Positions 21,401 through 31,249 of a stretch of DNA of 64,000 bases are shown piece by piece. Each line of letters begins with the position of its first letter. Position 1 is the stretch's first letter. A program made the position numbers and the translations under genes. The notes beneath the pieces were generated by a model, which saw only the letters and a program-made list of their open reading frames with translations, was not told the DNA's origin and did no database searches. Source of the stretch: Opitutales bacterium (lineage in GTDB: Bacteria > Verrucomicrobiota > Verrucomicrobiia > Opitutales > UBA2987); the NCBI GenBank assembly GCA_965226885.1, contig CBDDEL010000015.1, forward strand, positions 448,001 to 512,000. The letters run 5' to 3'.

Positions 21401-21814
21401 CTCGCGGTAGCCCTCTACCGTAAATCCTTCCAGCTCAACGATTGAATCTCCAATCGATATACGCGGAGTAATGGTCCCGGACTCCGGCACCTCAATCGAT
21501 TCGGTGACCGCCTCGTAACCGATAAACCGGACGATTATGGTGTGAGCCCCCGCGGGCACATTGGAGATGCGAAACTCGCCGCTGCGATCAGTCGTGGCGA
21601 TGCGCCCCAAATCGACGATGCGGACGCTAGCCCCCGGCACATAGGAATTGGTGTTGGAGTCCACAACCGTTCCGTTGATATCGCCGGCCCAGACGTTTGA
21701 AGGGAGGGCCATAAGGCAAATTAGGGAAAGAAAACAAAAAAAGGCTGAAAATGAGAAGCCTTTTGGCAGTGGGTGGGTAACAGGATTAGTCTCTGACTGG
21801 TGTGTATTGTTCAT
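18434..21814 (-). CDS. TonB-dependent outer-membrane receptor with N-terminal carboxypeptidase-regulatory-like domain
   Basis: Plug motifs PDRNVADALVRLPGVS, GRFISIRG, LEVIKAITPDMDAQGLGG; C-terminal FGLRWNY. Start codon uncertain. Confidence 0.92.
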   Translation of the reverse strand: MNNTHQSETNPVTHPLPKGFSFSAFFCFLSLICLMALPSNVWAGDINGTVVDSNTNSYVPGASVRIVDLGRIATTDRSGEFRISNVPAGAHTIIVRFIGYEAVTESIEVPESGTITPRISIGDSIVELEGFTVEGYREGRALALQQKKTAPSIRDILSADSVGQIPDRNVADALVRLPGVSLDMSNGEGRFISIRGIAPSLNNVTINGASVANPGVDGRAGRAMPLDVIGSSQISQLEVIKAITPDMDAQGLGGTIEIKTASAFDREEGYFNGSIEGGYADQPEDYPYRAEVTWAKRMGAERKLGVALSATYEWRPYENEAMDMRWDKDDFLTDFDNDGVFEGEVEDYAYINDLEVIPEFGNRQRIGLNTKIEFKPNEDTEFYLNGIWNRFIEWEEGIEITLEGDRLDYEEDQAYLTEGGSRDDRLSPFLTSPTQLWFPSVDALQQRIGIEKREQSLINITVGGKKRWGNLTVTTELTYSNAKEKVIYEGQIQFRGRLAEGEMVMRASDAPLMDFNGTPLPFFLDPEGDGLRYDEGNQRLAEIDGPTGGDPIPVLFDFSGPLPNVTIPRVAATDGSRLAHRRNRIDDSLVEENTYIPKIDLQWDFDNFFGSGNSGFVKAGFKYFNRNRLIDDNSFRPVFCTETVDPQTCGDRENVFRKGEAIRPSAADFPNSTVPARNVLGLYDSGIELQFRTPWQESMGGTNPVAGSTLFPFVVNEVESSENNIEDDYDLDEKILSFYGMVSVDIGEKLTLVGGVRIENTDVDITANQWTRFDDFESEIGSPCDTFNSEAESSFCLETSQSSFSYDDIFPNVQALFRISDNLQLRAAFTTATGRPNFEDAAPITRMEITLDEPRDGDNPAELDELRARIRNPKLQPYYAYNYDISLEYYTDWGAAFSFAAFHKEIDNPIFSFESRDRDFADRPDNTVADATQIIQERCACIVNTSFLNPADIVNELRMEGWDNAEHGRVTGIELSAALPLSFLPQPLDGFGIDANVTFIQSEFDIIERRDLADQTPFFQQPSKIANAALWYQKGRFQGRVAFRYQSESFDEVDDPGDDFGDRYDAPREQWDAQASYKINDHWTAYFNVTNLTDQQDIRWFGNTARRINTIEQFGSVWRFGLRWNY

Positions 21815-21910
21815 GGCTCTAGCAGTTGATTGAGGTTTACTGGTTTGGAGGGAAAGGCAGGGTTGGGAGGGGGAATCTCTCAAGAATTCAATTTTTACCG
21901 GAAAGGCTCA

Positions 21911-21948
21911 GTTTTTGATTGAACCTTACGTTTTTGATTGAACCTTAC
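21911..21948. repeat. Perfect 19-bp tandem duplication gtttttgattgaaccttac in the divergent promoter region
   Basis: Two adjacent identical copies. Confidence 0.95.
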
Positions 21949-22047
21949 AATTGTCAAGCCTATGGTTTGATTTTGTCAATAAAAAATAGCGTCGAAAATA
22001 AGATTTGACTCACTCTTAATGTTTAAACCGGCCAGGTTGCCCCTGTT

Positions 22048-23133
22048 TTGATCGTGAACTATGTTCCCAAATACCAGATAATCTACGACGACTTGCTGCG
22101 GAAGGTCGATAAAATGACCCCCGGGGAGCGTCTACCCAGCGTGCGCCAGTTAAGGGCCGACTACAACGTCAGCCAATCCACCATCGAACGCAGCCTCGAT
22201 AAAATGGAACGCAAAGGGCTGGTCCGGCGCCGGCGCGGCAGCGGTGTATATGTCGAAGGATGGGACTCCAACAACAACGTGATATGCGTTTTTGCCGATA
22301 TCGAAATATCCGACCCGACCAACAGCCTGTTCTTGAGCGGCGTGCGCAAGGTAGCCGAACAGAAAGGCTTTCAAGTGGCCGACTTTGGACCCAAGAACTT
22401 TTTTAGAATCCGCAGAGACATCTTACCCACCCTGACCGGTCAAAAATTTGCCGGCATCATCACCCGGCACTCGGGCATGGACACCTTTCTACTCGATAAC
22501 GACCGCCATTGGATGGAACGATTGAAAGCCGTAAGACTGCCCCTGGTCACCTGCCGGCCCACCCCCGCGGTGCAAGTCGACTCAGTCACCCCCGATTACT
22601 TCGCCTCCTTTCAACAAGTGGGAGAACATTTGCGCAAGCAGACCGCAGGGCCCATCTACTTCCTCGGAAACACCACCGTACCCTCCTTTGCCCGCTTACA
22701 AGGACTCGAAGTAGGATTAGGGGGAAAAGACCGGCTCATAGTAGATATAACCCATGGCAACAACCGGGATTTTCTGGCCAAACTGAACCAATTCAAAAAA
22801 CGCAAAATCAGCGGGCACCTGATCATCGGCGTGCCCCTGGAAGATTCCGGATTTTACGATGTCTTTCAAGGAACCACCTGGGGCCGCGACCCCAGCAAGC
22901 AATTTGTCATGCTCCTGCACGACAACCAAAGTATACCCCAAGGCGTAACCGCCAACACAATCGTAAAACCCAGCTTCGGCATGGGAATGATGGCAGCCCG
23001 CCTAATGATCCGCAGAATCCACGGCTACCGAGGAGAAATCATCCACGAAACAGTCAAACACAAGGTCATTTTGAATGCAAATCATCCCAGGAGCTCCGGC
23101 AAGATTTTGATTCCGGCACCCACACCGGTTTGA
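22048..23133 (+). CDS. GntR-family regulator (wHTH plus LacI/periplasmic-binding-like sensor)
   Basis: KYQIIYDDL...GERLPSVRQL...VSQSTIERSL...RRGSGVYV. Confidence 0.85.
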   Translation: MIVNYVPKYQIIYDDLLRKVDKMTPGERLPSVRQLRADYNVSQSTIERSLDKMERKGLVRRRRGSGVYVEGWDSNNNVICVFADIEISDPTNSLFLSGVRKVAEQKGFQVADFGPKNFFRIRRDILPTLTGQKFAGIITRHSGMDTFLLDNDRHWMERLKAVRLPLVTCRPTPAVQVDSVTPDYFASFQQVGEHLRKQTAGPIYFLGNTTVPSFARLQGLEVGLGGKDRLIVDITHGNNRDFLAKLNQFKKRKISGHLIIGVPLEDSGFYDVFQGTTWGRDPSKQFVMLLHDNQSIPQGVTANTIVKPSFGMGMMAARLMIRRIHGYRGEIIHETVKHKVILNANHPRSSGKILIPAPTPV

Positions 23134-23154
23134 ATTAAGACTCCCGCTTCCGAC

Positions 23155-24633
23155 TTAAATTTCCTTTGTCCTTCTTTGGAAATTGGGCGCCCCACCCCAA
23201 TCTGTGGCCAGGACGGTGGCGTCAAAACTTTTTTTCATAAGAGTAAGCTTCAATTCCTGGTGCGCCGGGTCGTCCCATAAATTGTTGAATTCGCCCGCAT
23301 CCTCCTCTAGATCGTACAATTCTCCCAAATCGTAACCGTGGTAAACGACAAGCTTGTAACGTTCGGTGCGTAACATCGTCCCGTAGCCCGGGTTGCCTTC
23401 CCGGTTGTTATTGGATTCTGCGTCGTAGCTTTCGCAACGGGCGAATTCCCTGAATCGATGCGGATCGGCCTGACCGAACAGGATGGGGCCCAGGGAGCGC
23501 CCCTGCATGTGCTCAGGGGTAGGTAATCCAGCTAGATCGAGCAGCGTTGGGGCGATATCGATCAACTCCACCAGACCTGAGGCTTTGGTTCCCGATTTAA
23601 AGCGCTTCGGCCAACTGAAAACCAGAGGCACACGGACCCCTCCTTCATAAAAACGGCAGCCCTTATAGATCAATCCATGGTCTCCCAGCATTTCTCCATG
23701 ATCGGAGGTAAAAATTACCACCGTATTTTCAAGCTGACCTGTATCCACCAGAATACGCATGATTTCACCAATTTGATCATCTATTTGGGTAATCAAAGCG
23801 TAATAGTGAGCTTTTAAAGCGCCGGCGTCCTTGCGACCGCCCAGATAATTTTCGGTCTGGCCCTTTCGAGTGCCGATTTCCAATTCATGAGGAGGTTTGG
23901 CTTTACGTTGAAACGGAATCAAGTCCAGTTTTTCCTGTTCTTGAAGGTCCGAAGGGCGATACAAAGGCGGCGGCATGGCGTCGGGATCGTAACGGCCCAT
24001 ATATTCTCGGGCCGGATTGAAGGGAGGGTGGGGATAAAAGAAATTCACACTGGCGAACCAAGGACCTTGGTGTTTCCTCTCTATGAAATCCCTCGTCTTT
24101 TCACCGCACCAGGTGGTATGGTGGTATTTAGCCGGAAAACCGTCGGGGTCACACAACAATGCGCTTAAATCTCCGCCTTTGGCCTCCACCCAATCCGCAT
24201 AATCATGACCTTGGGTAATCGGGTAATGGGGCTGATGCCAGTGCGGGGCATGGCTGTAATGCCAGTAGGAATAACCGTCATCCGTTCTCTTTTCCACGCC
24301 ATTGCCGACCTTGTCGAGGTGTAATTTTCCGATTAAACCGCAATCATATCCTCCATCCTGGAAAAGTTTGGATACTATGGGCACCGCGCTGGGAAACCCC
24401 TCCACTCCATTGCCATTTATATGCAGTGTGCCGGGATAAAGACTGGTCATGAAACTGGCCCTGCTGGGCTGGCAAATCGGGTTTTGACAATAGGTCCGCG
24501 TAAAGGCCACTCCCTGCTCTACCAAACGATCCAAATTCGGCGTGATGATATTTGGATTACCCAAGGCGCCGATCGTGTCATAACGCTGCTGGTCGGTGCA
24601 AATCCACAAGATATTAGGCTGCTCTTCAGGCAT
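23155..24633 (-). CDS. Formylglycine-dependent sulfatase (Cys type)
   Basis: PNILWICTDQQR, CQPSRAS, GKLH, FTSDHGEMLGDH. Confidence 0.92.
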   Translation of the reverse strand: MPEEQPNILWICTDQQRYDTIGALGNPNIITPNLDRLVEQGVAFTRTYCQNPICQPSRASFMTSLYPGTLHINGNGVEGFPSAVPIVSKLFQDGGYDCGLIGKLHLDKVGNGVEKRTDDGYSYWHYSHAPHWHQPHYPITQGHDYADWVEAKGGDLSALLCDPDGFPAKYHHTTWCGEKTRDFIERKHQGPWFASVNFFYPHPPFNPAREYMGRYDPDAMPPPLYRPSDLQEQEKLDLIPFQRKAKPPHELEIGTRKGQTENYLGGRKDAGALKAHYYALITQIDDQIGEIMRILVDTGQLENTVVIFTSDHGEMLGDHGLIYKGCRFYEGGVRVPLVFSWPKRFKSGTKASGLVELIDIAPTLLDLAGLPTPEHMQGRSLGPILFGQADPHRFREFARCESYDAESNNNREGNPGYGTMLRTERYKLVVYHGYDLGELYDLEEDAGEFNNLWDDPAHQELKLTLMKKSFDATVLATDWGGAPNFQRRTKEI

Positions 24634-24845
24634 GGAATTACTAAAATTAAAGAATTTTCATAACACGTTGATTATGGACGATTAACCGCATACTTTATCG
24701 TCACGGTGTAAATAGATTTTATCATCTTCGGTTCCGAGTCAATGGCAAGGAGTATTGCCACTCCCAAGAACATCGCTTGTGCTGGGCAGGGTAAATCGAT
24801 CTGCATCAGGAGCGTATCGTCGATAACACTACGCTTGACTAGTAA

Positions 24846-25976
24846 TACCAAATCGCAAAAGGATTGATAAAGATTAAAAAACAGCTATAAAGGCGGAATG
24901 AGAAGATATATGGGAACCGATGAAGACCGTGAACGTATCAAGAAATTGCTCAACAAAGAGGCTATCGGCTGGCGTAAAGAGCGTTTGGTGGCATTAAAAA
25001 TGGGCTTCCAGCCGCACCACAGCATTGATGAAATTGGAGCCATCGTGGGCCGAGGCAAAGCGACGATCCAGCGTTGGTTTGACAAATATCGTGCTGCAGG
25101 GCTCGGGGCGGTGCTTACACGCGCCTACAAAGGCGGGATCAAAAGCCGTTGCGACAAAGAGGTGGAGGCCTTCTTGCTCAATGGTTTGAAGGTCGCGCGC
25201 TGGAACACAGCCGTTCAGGCGGGGCAAGAGCTGGAGCGACATTTCGGGCGCTCCTTCGCCTACAAGACGGTGTGGCGATGGCTAAAAAAATGCGCCGGGG
25301 TGCTTCGAGTCCCTCGCCCCGTGCATGAGAAACGGGACTCGGCAAAAGCGGAAGCGTTCAAGCGAGACTTTTTTAAGATCCTCCAGGAGCTTTCCCTCAC
25401 CCGAGGCAATCGGGTTCGGGTGTGGTTTGCCGATGAAAGCCGTTTTGGTTTGCTTCCGGTGTACCGCCGGTGCTGGACGCAAAGAGGGCTTCGGCCGCAC
25501 AAAAAATATCAGACAAGATACCAGTGGAGCTACTGTTACGGAGCCCTCGACGTGGTCAACGGCGAGATGGTATGCATCCAAACCCCTAGCACGAATCTAC
25601 AGTGGACGGAGGCTTTCCTCCAACAGATCAAAAAGCAATATCCTGAGGAGGAACATGTGGTTGTATGGGACGGGGCAGGCTTCCATCCGCACGACTCGGA
25701 GCACCCCAACGTCCCCCCGGGCATACATATCGTGAATTTGCCGCCGTATAGTCCTGAACTCAACCCGATTGAAAGACTTTGGGATATGATACAGGATCAA
25801 ACGGCCAACAAACTGTGGCCGAGCATTGAGCGACTCGAAGAAGTCGTCGCAACCCATCTCAAAGACTGGTGGGAGGACACTGAAAAAGTCCTCTCTTTAG
25901 TTGGCGGAGGCTGGCAGCACATTCAAGCAAACGCTTCTGCCAAATAACTTATTATCATACCTAATGAGATTTGGTA
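24846..25976 (+). mobile_element. IS630-family element
   Basis: 25-bp imperfect IR taccaaatcgcaaaaggattgataa / taccaaatctcattaggtatgataa, flanked by taa on both sides. Confidence 0.9.
24898..25947 (+). CDS. IS630-family transposase
   Basis: FADESRFG, VWDGAGFH, LPPYSPELNPIE. Confidence 0.95.
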   Translation: MRRYMGTDEDRERIKKLLNKEAIGWRKERLVALKMGFQPHHSIDEIGAIVGRGKATIQRWFDKYRAAGLGAVLTRAYKGGIKSRCDKEVEAFLLNGLKVARWNTAVQAGQELERHFGRSFAYKTVWRWLKKCAGVLRVPRPVHEKRDSAKAEAFKRDFFKILQELSLTRGNRVRVWFADESRFGLLPVYRRCWTQRGLRPHKKYQTRYQWSYCYGALDVVNGEMVCIQTPSTNLQWTEAFLQQIKKQYPEEEHVVVWDGAGFHPHDSEHPNVPPGIHIVNLPPYSPELNPIERLWDMIQDQTANKLWPSIERLEEVVATHLKDWWEDTEKVLSLVGGGWQHIQANASAK

Positions 25977-27519
25977 TAAGTTTCTCCAGCAGCGCTGTAT
26001 CGATGTATTTTTTTACCGTTCGCCGATCCAGTTTCAATTGCCTTGCGGTCTCTTCGTAATTGCGGGTTTGGGCGTATATTTTGGTCGCGTGTCGGCGAAG
26101 AAGCTGATCAGCGGTCAAGTTGGTATTTTCAGGGTTTAGGGCAACTTCCCCACTCTCATTTCTCGCTTTGTAATCCAGGTTTTGAGGTTGGTAATCCTTG
26201 TGTATCAGTATATTGCGGACACATTGCTCAAGCTCGCGAAAGTTGCCCGGCCAGTGATACCCAGGGGGCAGTTCTTTATCAATCCATGTAATTACTTCCT
26301 CGGTTAATTGATCCGCTTCGTCCACCCCTGCAATTTTTTCCGCTATAAATCGAACCAGGTAATGATATTCATTGGGATCTTCGGCGAGAATTTCTCTCAA
26401 ACCCGAAGTTCTAATGTTGTCGGCGCAAAGCCGGTAGTAAAAATCCTCTCGAAAAGTCCCGTTCCTGATTTCCGTGACTAAATTACGGTTGGTGGCGGCA
26501 AGAATTTTCCCCTGGAAACACCTGGGTTCTGTGTCGCCAAGCCGCTGAAAACTTCGAGTTTGTAGGGTGCGGAGCAGTTTTACCTGAATTTTAGAATCTA
26601 CGTCTCCGATTTCATCAAGGAAGACCGTTCCATAGGGGCCGCATTTTTCGAAGTAGCCTTCGCGGTCCTGCATGGCGCCCGTAAAGGAGCCTTTACTATG
26701 GCCGAACAATTCTGACTCGATCAGGGTTGGCGAAAGCGCTGTCAGGTTCAAGGGGTAATAAGCGTTGATGAAGTCCTCCTCGAACCTTTGCTTGCTTTCG
26801 TTAAATGGGATAAATCGAGAGAGTCCAATGCCTTGGGCGACCAGTTCTTTACCCGAACCCGAAGGACCTGTAATTAATGTAATGATATCCCCCATACGAT
26901 TGGAAAGGGACCGGAAATAACGAGCGATGTCATGAGTGAAGGTCGATTGCCAGACCCGTGCTCGCAGATCTCTGGTGGCTGCAGAGGTACCGATAATATA
27001 GTGGAATATGTGATAAAAAGCTCGTCTAACCTGAAAGCCGTAAGCGAAATATTGGCTATACGAAAATGTCGCCGGAGGATAATCCCCAGTAGGTCGCAGA
27101 AAACTATCTAATTCCTGCTTAAAACGCTCGTAAAATTCAATTCGCCCGCTGGCATGTCCCTTCCGGTATGCACGTTCTATGAACTGAAGAAATTCCTTTC
27201 GGAAACGATAATAGATATAAAATAAAGCGAAATCCTGATATAGTTGGTGCTGCCGTGCCGGAGCAGACCGCGCCTTCCGAAAATTTTCCCGGCACCGCAT
27301 CGCCGTCTCCTCCAGCTTGCGGAGAAGAAGAGGGACATTTGGATCTTTCGGGTATTCCGTGGGACCCAGATTCCAAGGATCCTGGGTCGGGCTGTAAGCC
27401 GAACCAAGAGCCAGTTTTTCCAACTCAATCCTCTTTTCCAAAAAAGGATTGCAATAAAATAGCTGCGATACCGCTTCGACAAAAGGCAGGTCGTCCGGAG
27501 ATGTGATTACTTGCGACAT
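25897..27519 (-). CDS. Sigma54-dependent activator (bEBP, RtcR-like), last codons supplied by IS630
   Basis: GPSGSGKE, ESELFGH, GSFTGA, FLDEIG, FREDFYYRL, WPGNFREL, C-terminal HTH. Likely start MSQV at 27519. Confidence 0.88.
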   Translation of the reverse strand: MSQVITSPDDLPFVEAVSQLFYCNPFLEKRIELEKLALGSAYSPTQDPWNLGPTEYPKDPNVPLLLRKLEETAMRCRENFRKARSAPARQHQLYQDFALFYIYYRFRKEFLQFIERAYRKGHASGRIEFYERFKQELDSFLRPTGDYPPATFSYSQYFAYGFQVRRAFYHIFHYIIGTSAATRDLRARVWQSTFTHDIARYFRSLSNRMGDIITLITGPSGSGKELVAQGIGLSRFIPFNESKQRFEEDFINAYYPLNLTALSPTLIESELFGHSKGSFTGAMQDREGYFEKCGPYGTVFLDEIGDVDSKIQVKLLRTLQTRSFQRLGDTEPRCFQGKILAATNRNLVTEIRNGTFREDFYYRLCADNIRTSGLREILAEDPNEYHYLVRFIAEKIAGVDEADQLTEEVITWIDKELPPGYHWPGNFRELEQCVRNILIHKDYQPQNLDYKARNESGEVALNPENTNLTADQLLRRHATKIYAQTRNYEETARQLKLDRRTVKKYIDTALLEKLIPNLIRYDNKLFGRSVCLNVLPASAN

Positions 27520-27805
27520 AGGGAGAGACAATTTATCTCTGTGCTGGCCTACTGCATGACTCCGGCAAAAAGGAGGTAATTTTCCCGGTGATTGGAAAGA
27601 CTGAAGCAATGCCCTGGAAGATTTCCCACATGGCTCTTTAGAAATGTTTAAATTAGTTACCTTCTGATAAAACGATTTCATGGTAATTAATTTAAACTCT
27701 TTGGCAATTATATCTCGTTTCCGTCTGGAATCAGCTCCCAGTTAAGAAATGAGCACTGGAAAAGGAAAGACAGGCGCCTGCCGTTATAGTCGCAAAAAAT
27801 GGCAT

Positions 27806-30800
27806 TCACTTCAATAAACCGGGCAAGGCCAGGGTTAAGATGAGGACATAAGTTATGAGGAGAACCCCGGCCAGAAGCACCAATAGCATTGGGATGACTG
27901 ACCGGTAAACATAAGGGAGCGATTTCTTGAAGCGCATGGCCGATAAAAACAGATTCATGCCCACGGGTGGTGTCAGATAACCAAGCTCGAGATTGGCCAG
28001 AAAAATGATTCCGAGGTGTATCGGGTCGACCCCAAAGGCCAGCCCCATGGGGATAATCAAAGGCACGACCACTATGATAGCCGAATAGCCGAGTATATGT
28101 CCATGAGGCAGCCCACCAGCAGGAGAAAGAGGTTCAGGACGAGCAAAAACACCCAGCGGGACTCGATTGTCTGGCTCACCCATTCAACCGCGCGATCTGG
28201 AAATTGCTCAGTGATCAGGTAATTATTGAAGCCCATGGCCACCCCAAGAATAAGAAGCACCCCGCCCACCAACAGGCCGCACTCGGTCATTACGCGCGGG
28301 ATGTCGCCAAATAATTTAAGATCCCGGTAAATAAAAGTTTCCACCATAAAGGCATAGAATGCGGTAACGGCAGCCGCCTCCACTGGGGTGGCGAATCCAC
28401 CGAATAGCGCCGTGAGGGCAACGACTGGCAAAAGCAACTCCCATTTTGCCGCCCAAATCGCTCGATTTGCGACTTTCAAATCGAATGGAGGAAGCTCCTC
28501 CTTATTGCTTATTGAGGGAGCCCGGAGCACTCCCCAACAGGCCAGCAGACCGACAAGCAGGATTCCCGGGCCGATTCCTCCCAGAAATATCTCTTTAATG
28601 GTAATGCTGGCCCCGATTGAGGTGGCCACGATGGCGTAGAGGATGAGGGGAAGGCAGGGTGGAAAGAGCAACCCTAGGGATCCGGCTGCGGTGAGGAGCC
28701 CAAGAGAGTCCTTTTCGCTATATCGAGCGGAAATAAGAACCGGCATGAGGAGTCCCCCCAGGGCCAGAATGGTTACCCCTGAAGCGCCCGTAAAGGTGGT
28801 GAAAAACGCGCAGACCAGGACGGTGGCGATGGCCGGACCCCCTTTGATTCTCCCTACCAGGGCTTGGAATACACTGATGAGGCGTTGCGAGGCGCCTCCC
28901 TCGGCCAGGAAATAACCTGCCAGGGTGAATAACGGAATGGCCGCCAGAGAAGGATTCACAACCATGCGGTAATGATCGATGGCGATTGAGGCTATGGGGT
29001 ATTGCCGTCCCCAAAATAAAATCAGGGCGGCTCCGCCCAAGGCTGAAAAAATAGGGGCGCCCAGGACAACGGCGATGATCAAGAGCCCCAAGGCCGGTGC
29101 AGTTAGCCCGGATATTTCATGAAGGGTAAAGTTTGGCTCGTTATTGCTATTGGAGATGGATTTCTTTGTATTTTGAGCAGATCGTCTTGATTTTTAGGTG
29201 TTTTTCAGGGTGTAGAGACACTGCCCCCTTTCCCCCATTGGTTCGGTAGTGCCGGGGGCAGCACCAATGCACCCTTTAGGTTGGCACCAATCGGCGGGCC
29301 GCATGGTTGAAAAGACTGGCCCAAGGATAACTCTCACTTAGGTGAAAGTGAATCGTTCGGGTGTTGCGCACGATGACCGCTCCGATCTTGATTAATTTGA
29401 GCCGCAGGGTGTGGCATTGGGCCCGCGCCCACTTCGTCCCTTTTAAGGCTAACCGGCGCATGGCTTCCATCAAGGTGTAGGCCAGCGCCGACAAGAGCAA
29501 TCGCCACTGATTGGCCCACCATTGATGGGCGCTGGTGCGCTCGCTGAACAATTGCATCTGTTCCTTGATTCGGTTCTCCATTTCACCGCGGCCACAGTAT
29601 ACCTTGTCGTAAAGCTCCTGGGGATCGCCCGGCAGGTTCGTCACCACGAAGCGCGGGTTGGACCCCTGTGCGGTGTGTTCGGCTTTATGGATGACCAACC
29701 GCAGCCATCGCCACGAATCGGCAGCATAGACGAAGTCCTGGAATAACCGTTGTTTTTTACCCCTTAGTTCGAACCATTCTTTGGCCTGCTTTTGCAACTG
29801 CTGGGCGTCTTGCTGCAAGCGTGCATTGCGAGCCATCCCCACGATGTAACTAACTTCGTTGCGGTCGCACCAAGAGAGTATCCGGGCTCGACAAAATCCA
29901 CTGTCGGCGCGCCAAATAATCCGCGTACGGGGCCAGCTTTGGCGAATCCGTTTAACCAGCAATTTGAGGATGGCCCCGGCATGCTTGCTGGCATCGATCT
30001 TGCTCGGCCGCAGGTAGGCCACCAGCAGCTGATCACCGCAAAAAACATATAGCGGCAGAAAACAGTAATGATCATAATAACCGTGGAAAAAACGTCCCTC
30101 CTGGAGCCCGTGCACCGGATTGTCGGTGGCGTCAAAGTCCAGGATGATCTCTTCGGGTTCCTCGGCAAAGGAGCCCATGAACTGTTCGACCAACAGCTCG
30201 TTTACCGCAAAGGCCGCCCGCCGATCCTGCCCGTTTTCAAAACGACACAAAGTCGGCGCGCTGGCCAACGTTTCAATGCGCCCCGTTACCGTTTGCAACA
30301 ATGGATCGTGGCGCAGGGTATCAAAGTCGTTTAAATCCTCATAGCCCGCCACCAGCCCGTAAACGCGCTGCCGCAGCATCCCCAATACCTCATGGCGTAC
30401 TTTGCCCTTCTGCCGTTTGTCCACTAACTGTCGGGCCGCTCGTTCGGTCAAGCCCAACTGCCGATCCACTTCCCGGATCAAAAGCAGTCCGGCATCCGAA
30501 GTAACCTCTCCGCCCTTGAAATCAACCCGCACACGGCGGCCTTTTACCCTTGTCAACTGTAGCTTTAATTGTTTACCTTTTGTCATCGCTGATATTGCTT
30601 TAATTATTGATCTATCCTGCTGTATATCAGCAGTTAAGCATATCAACGATACTTTTTTTACGAAATATCCGGGTTAGCGCTTCCGTGGCAATCGGCGGAT
30701 ATAGCCCGATTGCCACCCATAGGCCGCTCAGGCACAAGGTGAGGAAACGCCCTTTCCAGGCGTCTGCACTATGGCGAAACAGCCGCCAGGCTATTGCCGT

Positions 30801-31202
30801 GAAGCCAAGAGGCATGACCAGTTGCACCACCCACACGGGGATTTCGTAGGCGAGGATCTTGCCCGCTTCCCGGGAAGTGCCGACATACAGGAATCCCGCC
30901 ACGACCAAACCAATGCTCATGGCAATGGCAAAAGATGAGCCGCCAATTGAGGCTGCCGTTTTCCACCGGCCTTTAAGAAAGGTTTTTAAGGTGGACATGG
31001 CGAGGAGGCGATCCTCTCTTGCCGCAATGGCCCCGCCGAGCATGGCCGCAACCAGCACCAAATGTTGAACCATCGCGGTGACGCCGGAAATACTTGTGTG
31101 GAATAGTTTCCTCAGGACGATCTCGGCCAAGGGCAAGCTAACCATCAAGGCAAGAGCAAGGGTAACCAGCAGATTCTCACCCTGGTGCAGAATCCTGCTC
31201 AA
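27806..31202 (-). pseudogene. Fused TRAP permease DctQ-DctM, interrupted by IS1380 and frameshifted
   Basis: Removing the IS and one ttag joins ...ATEAL to TAPALGLL.... DctM motifs AIPLFTLAG, ATPVEAA, LTPPVG. 8-bp duplication atagccga at 28077-28092. Confidence 0.88.
29107..30673 (-). mobile_element. IS1380-family element, copy 3 (1567 bp; intact transposase about 29276..30586)
   Basis: IR cccggatatttc, TSD ttag. Confidence 0.95.
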
Positions 31203-31249
31203 CCTCGGAGAGCCTTATTTCTCAGCATCCTGCGGCTTGGTTTCAGCCT

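Noticed and set aside
22500..23100. A/C-rich third codon positions in the GntR gene
   Set aside because: A visual impression only. No template repeat or reverse transcriptase suggests a DGR, and I cannot quantify it.
27795..27815. Possible sigma54 promoter tggcattcacttca near the activator
   Set aside because: Lacks the -12 TGC, overlaps the dctM stop codon, and has no downstream gene on that strand.
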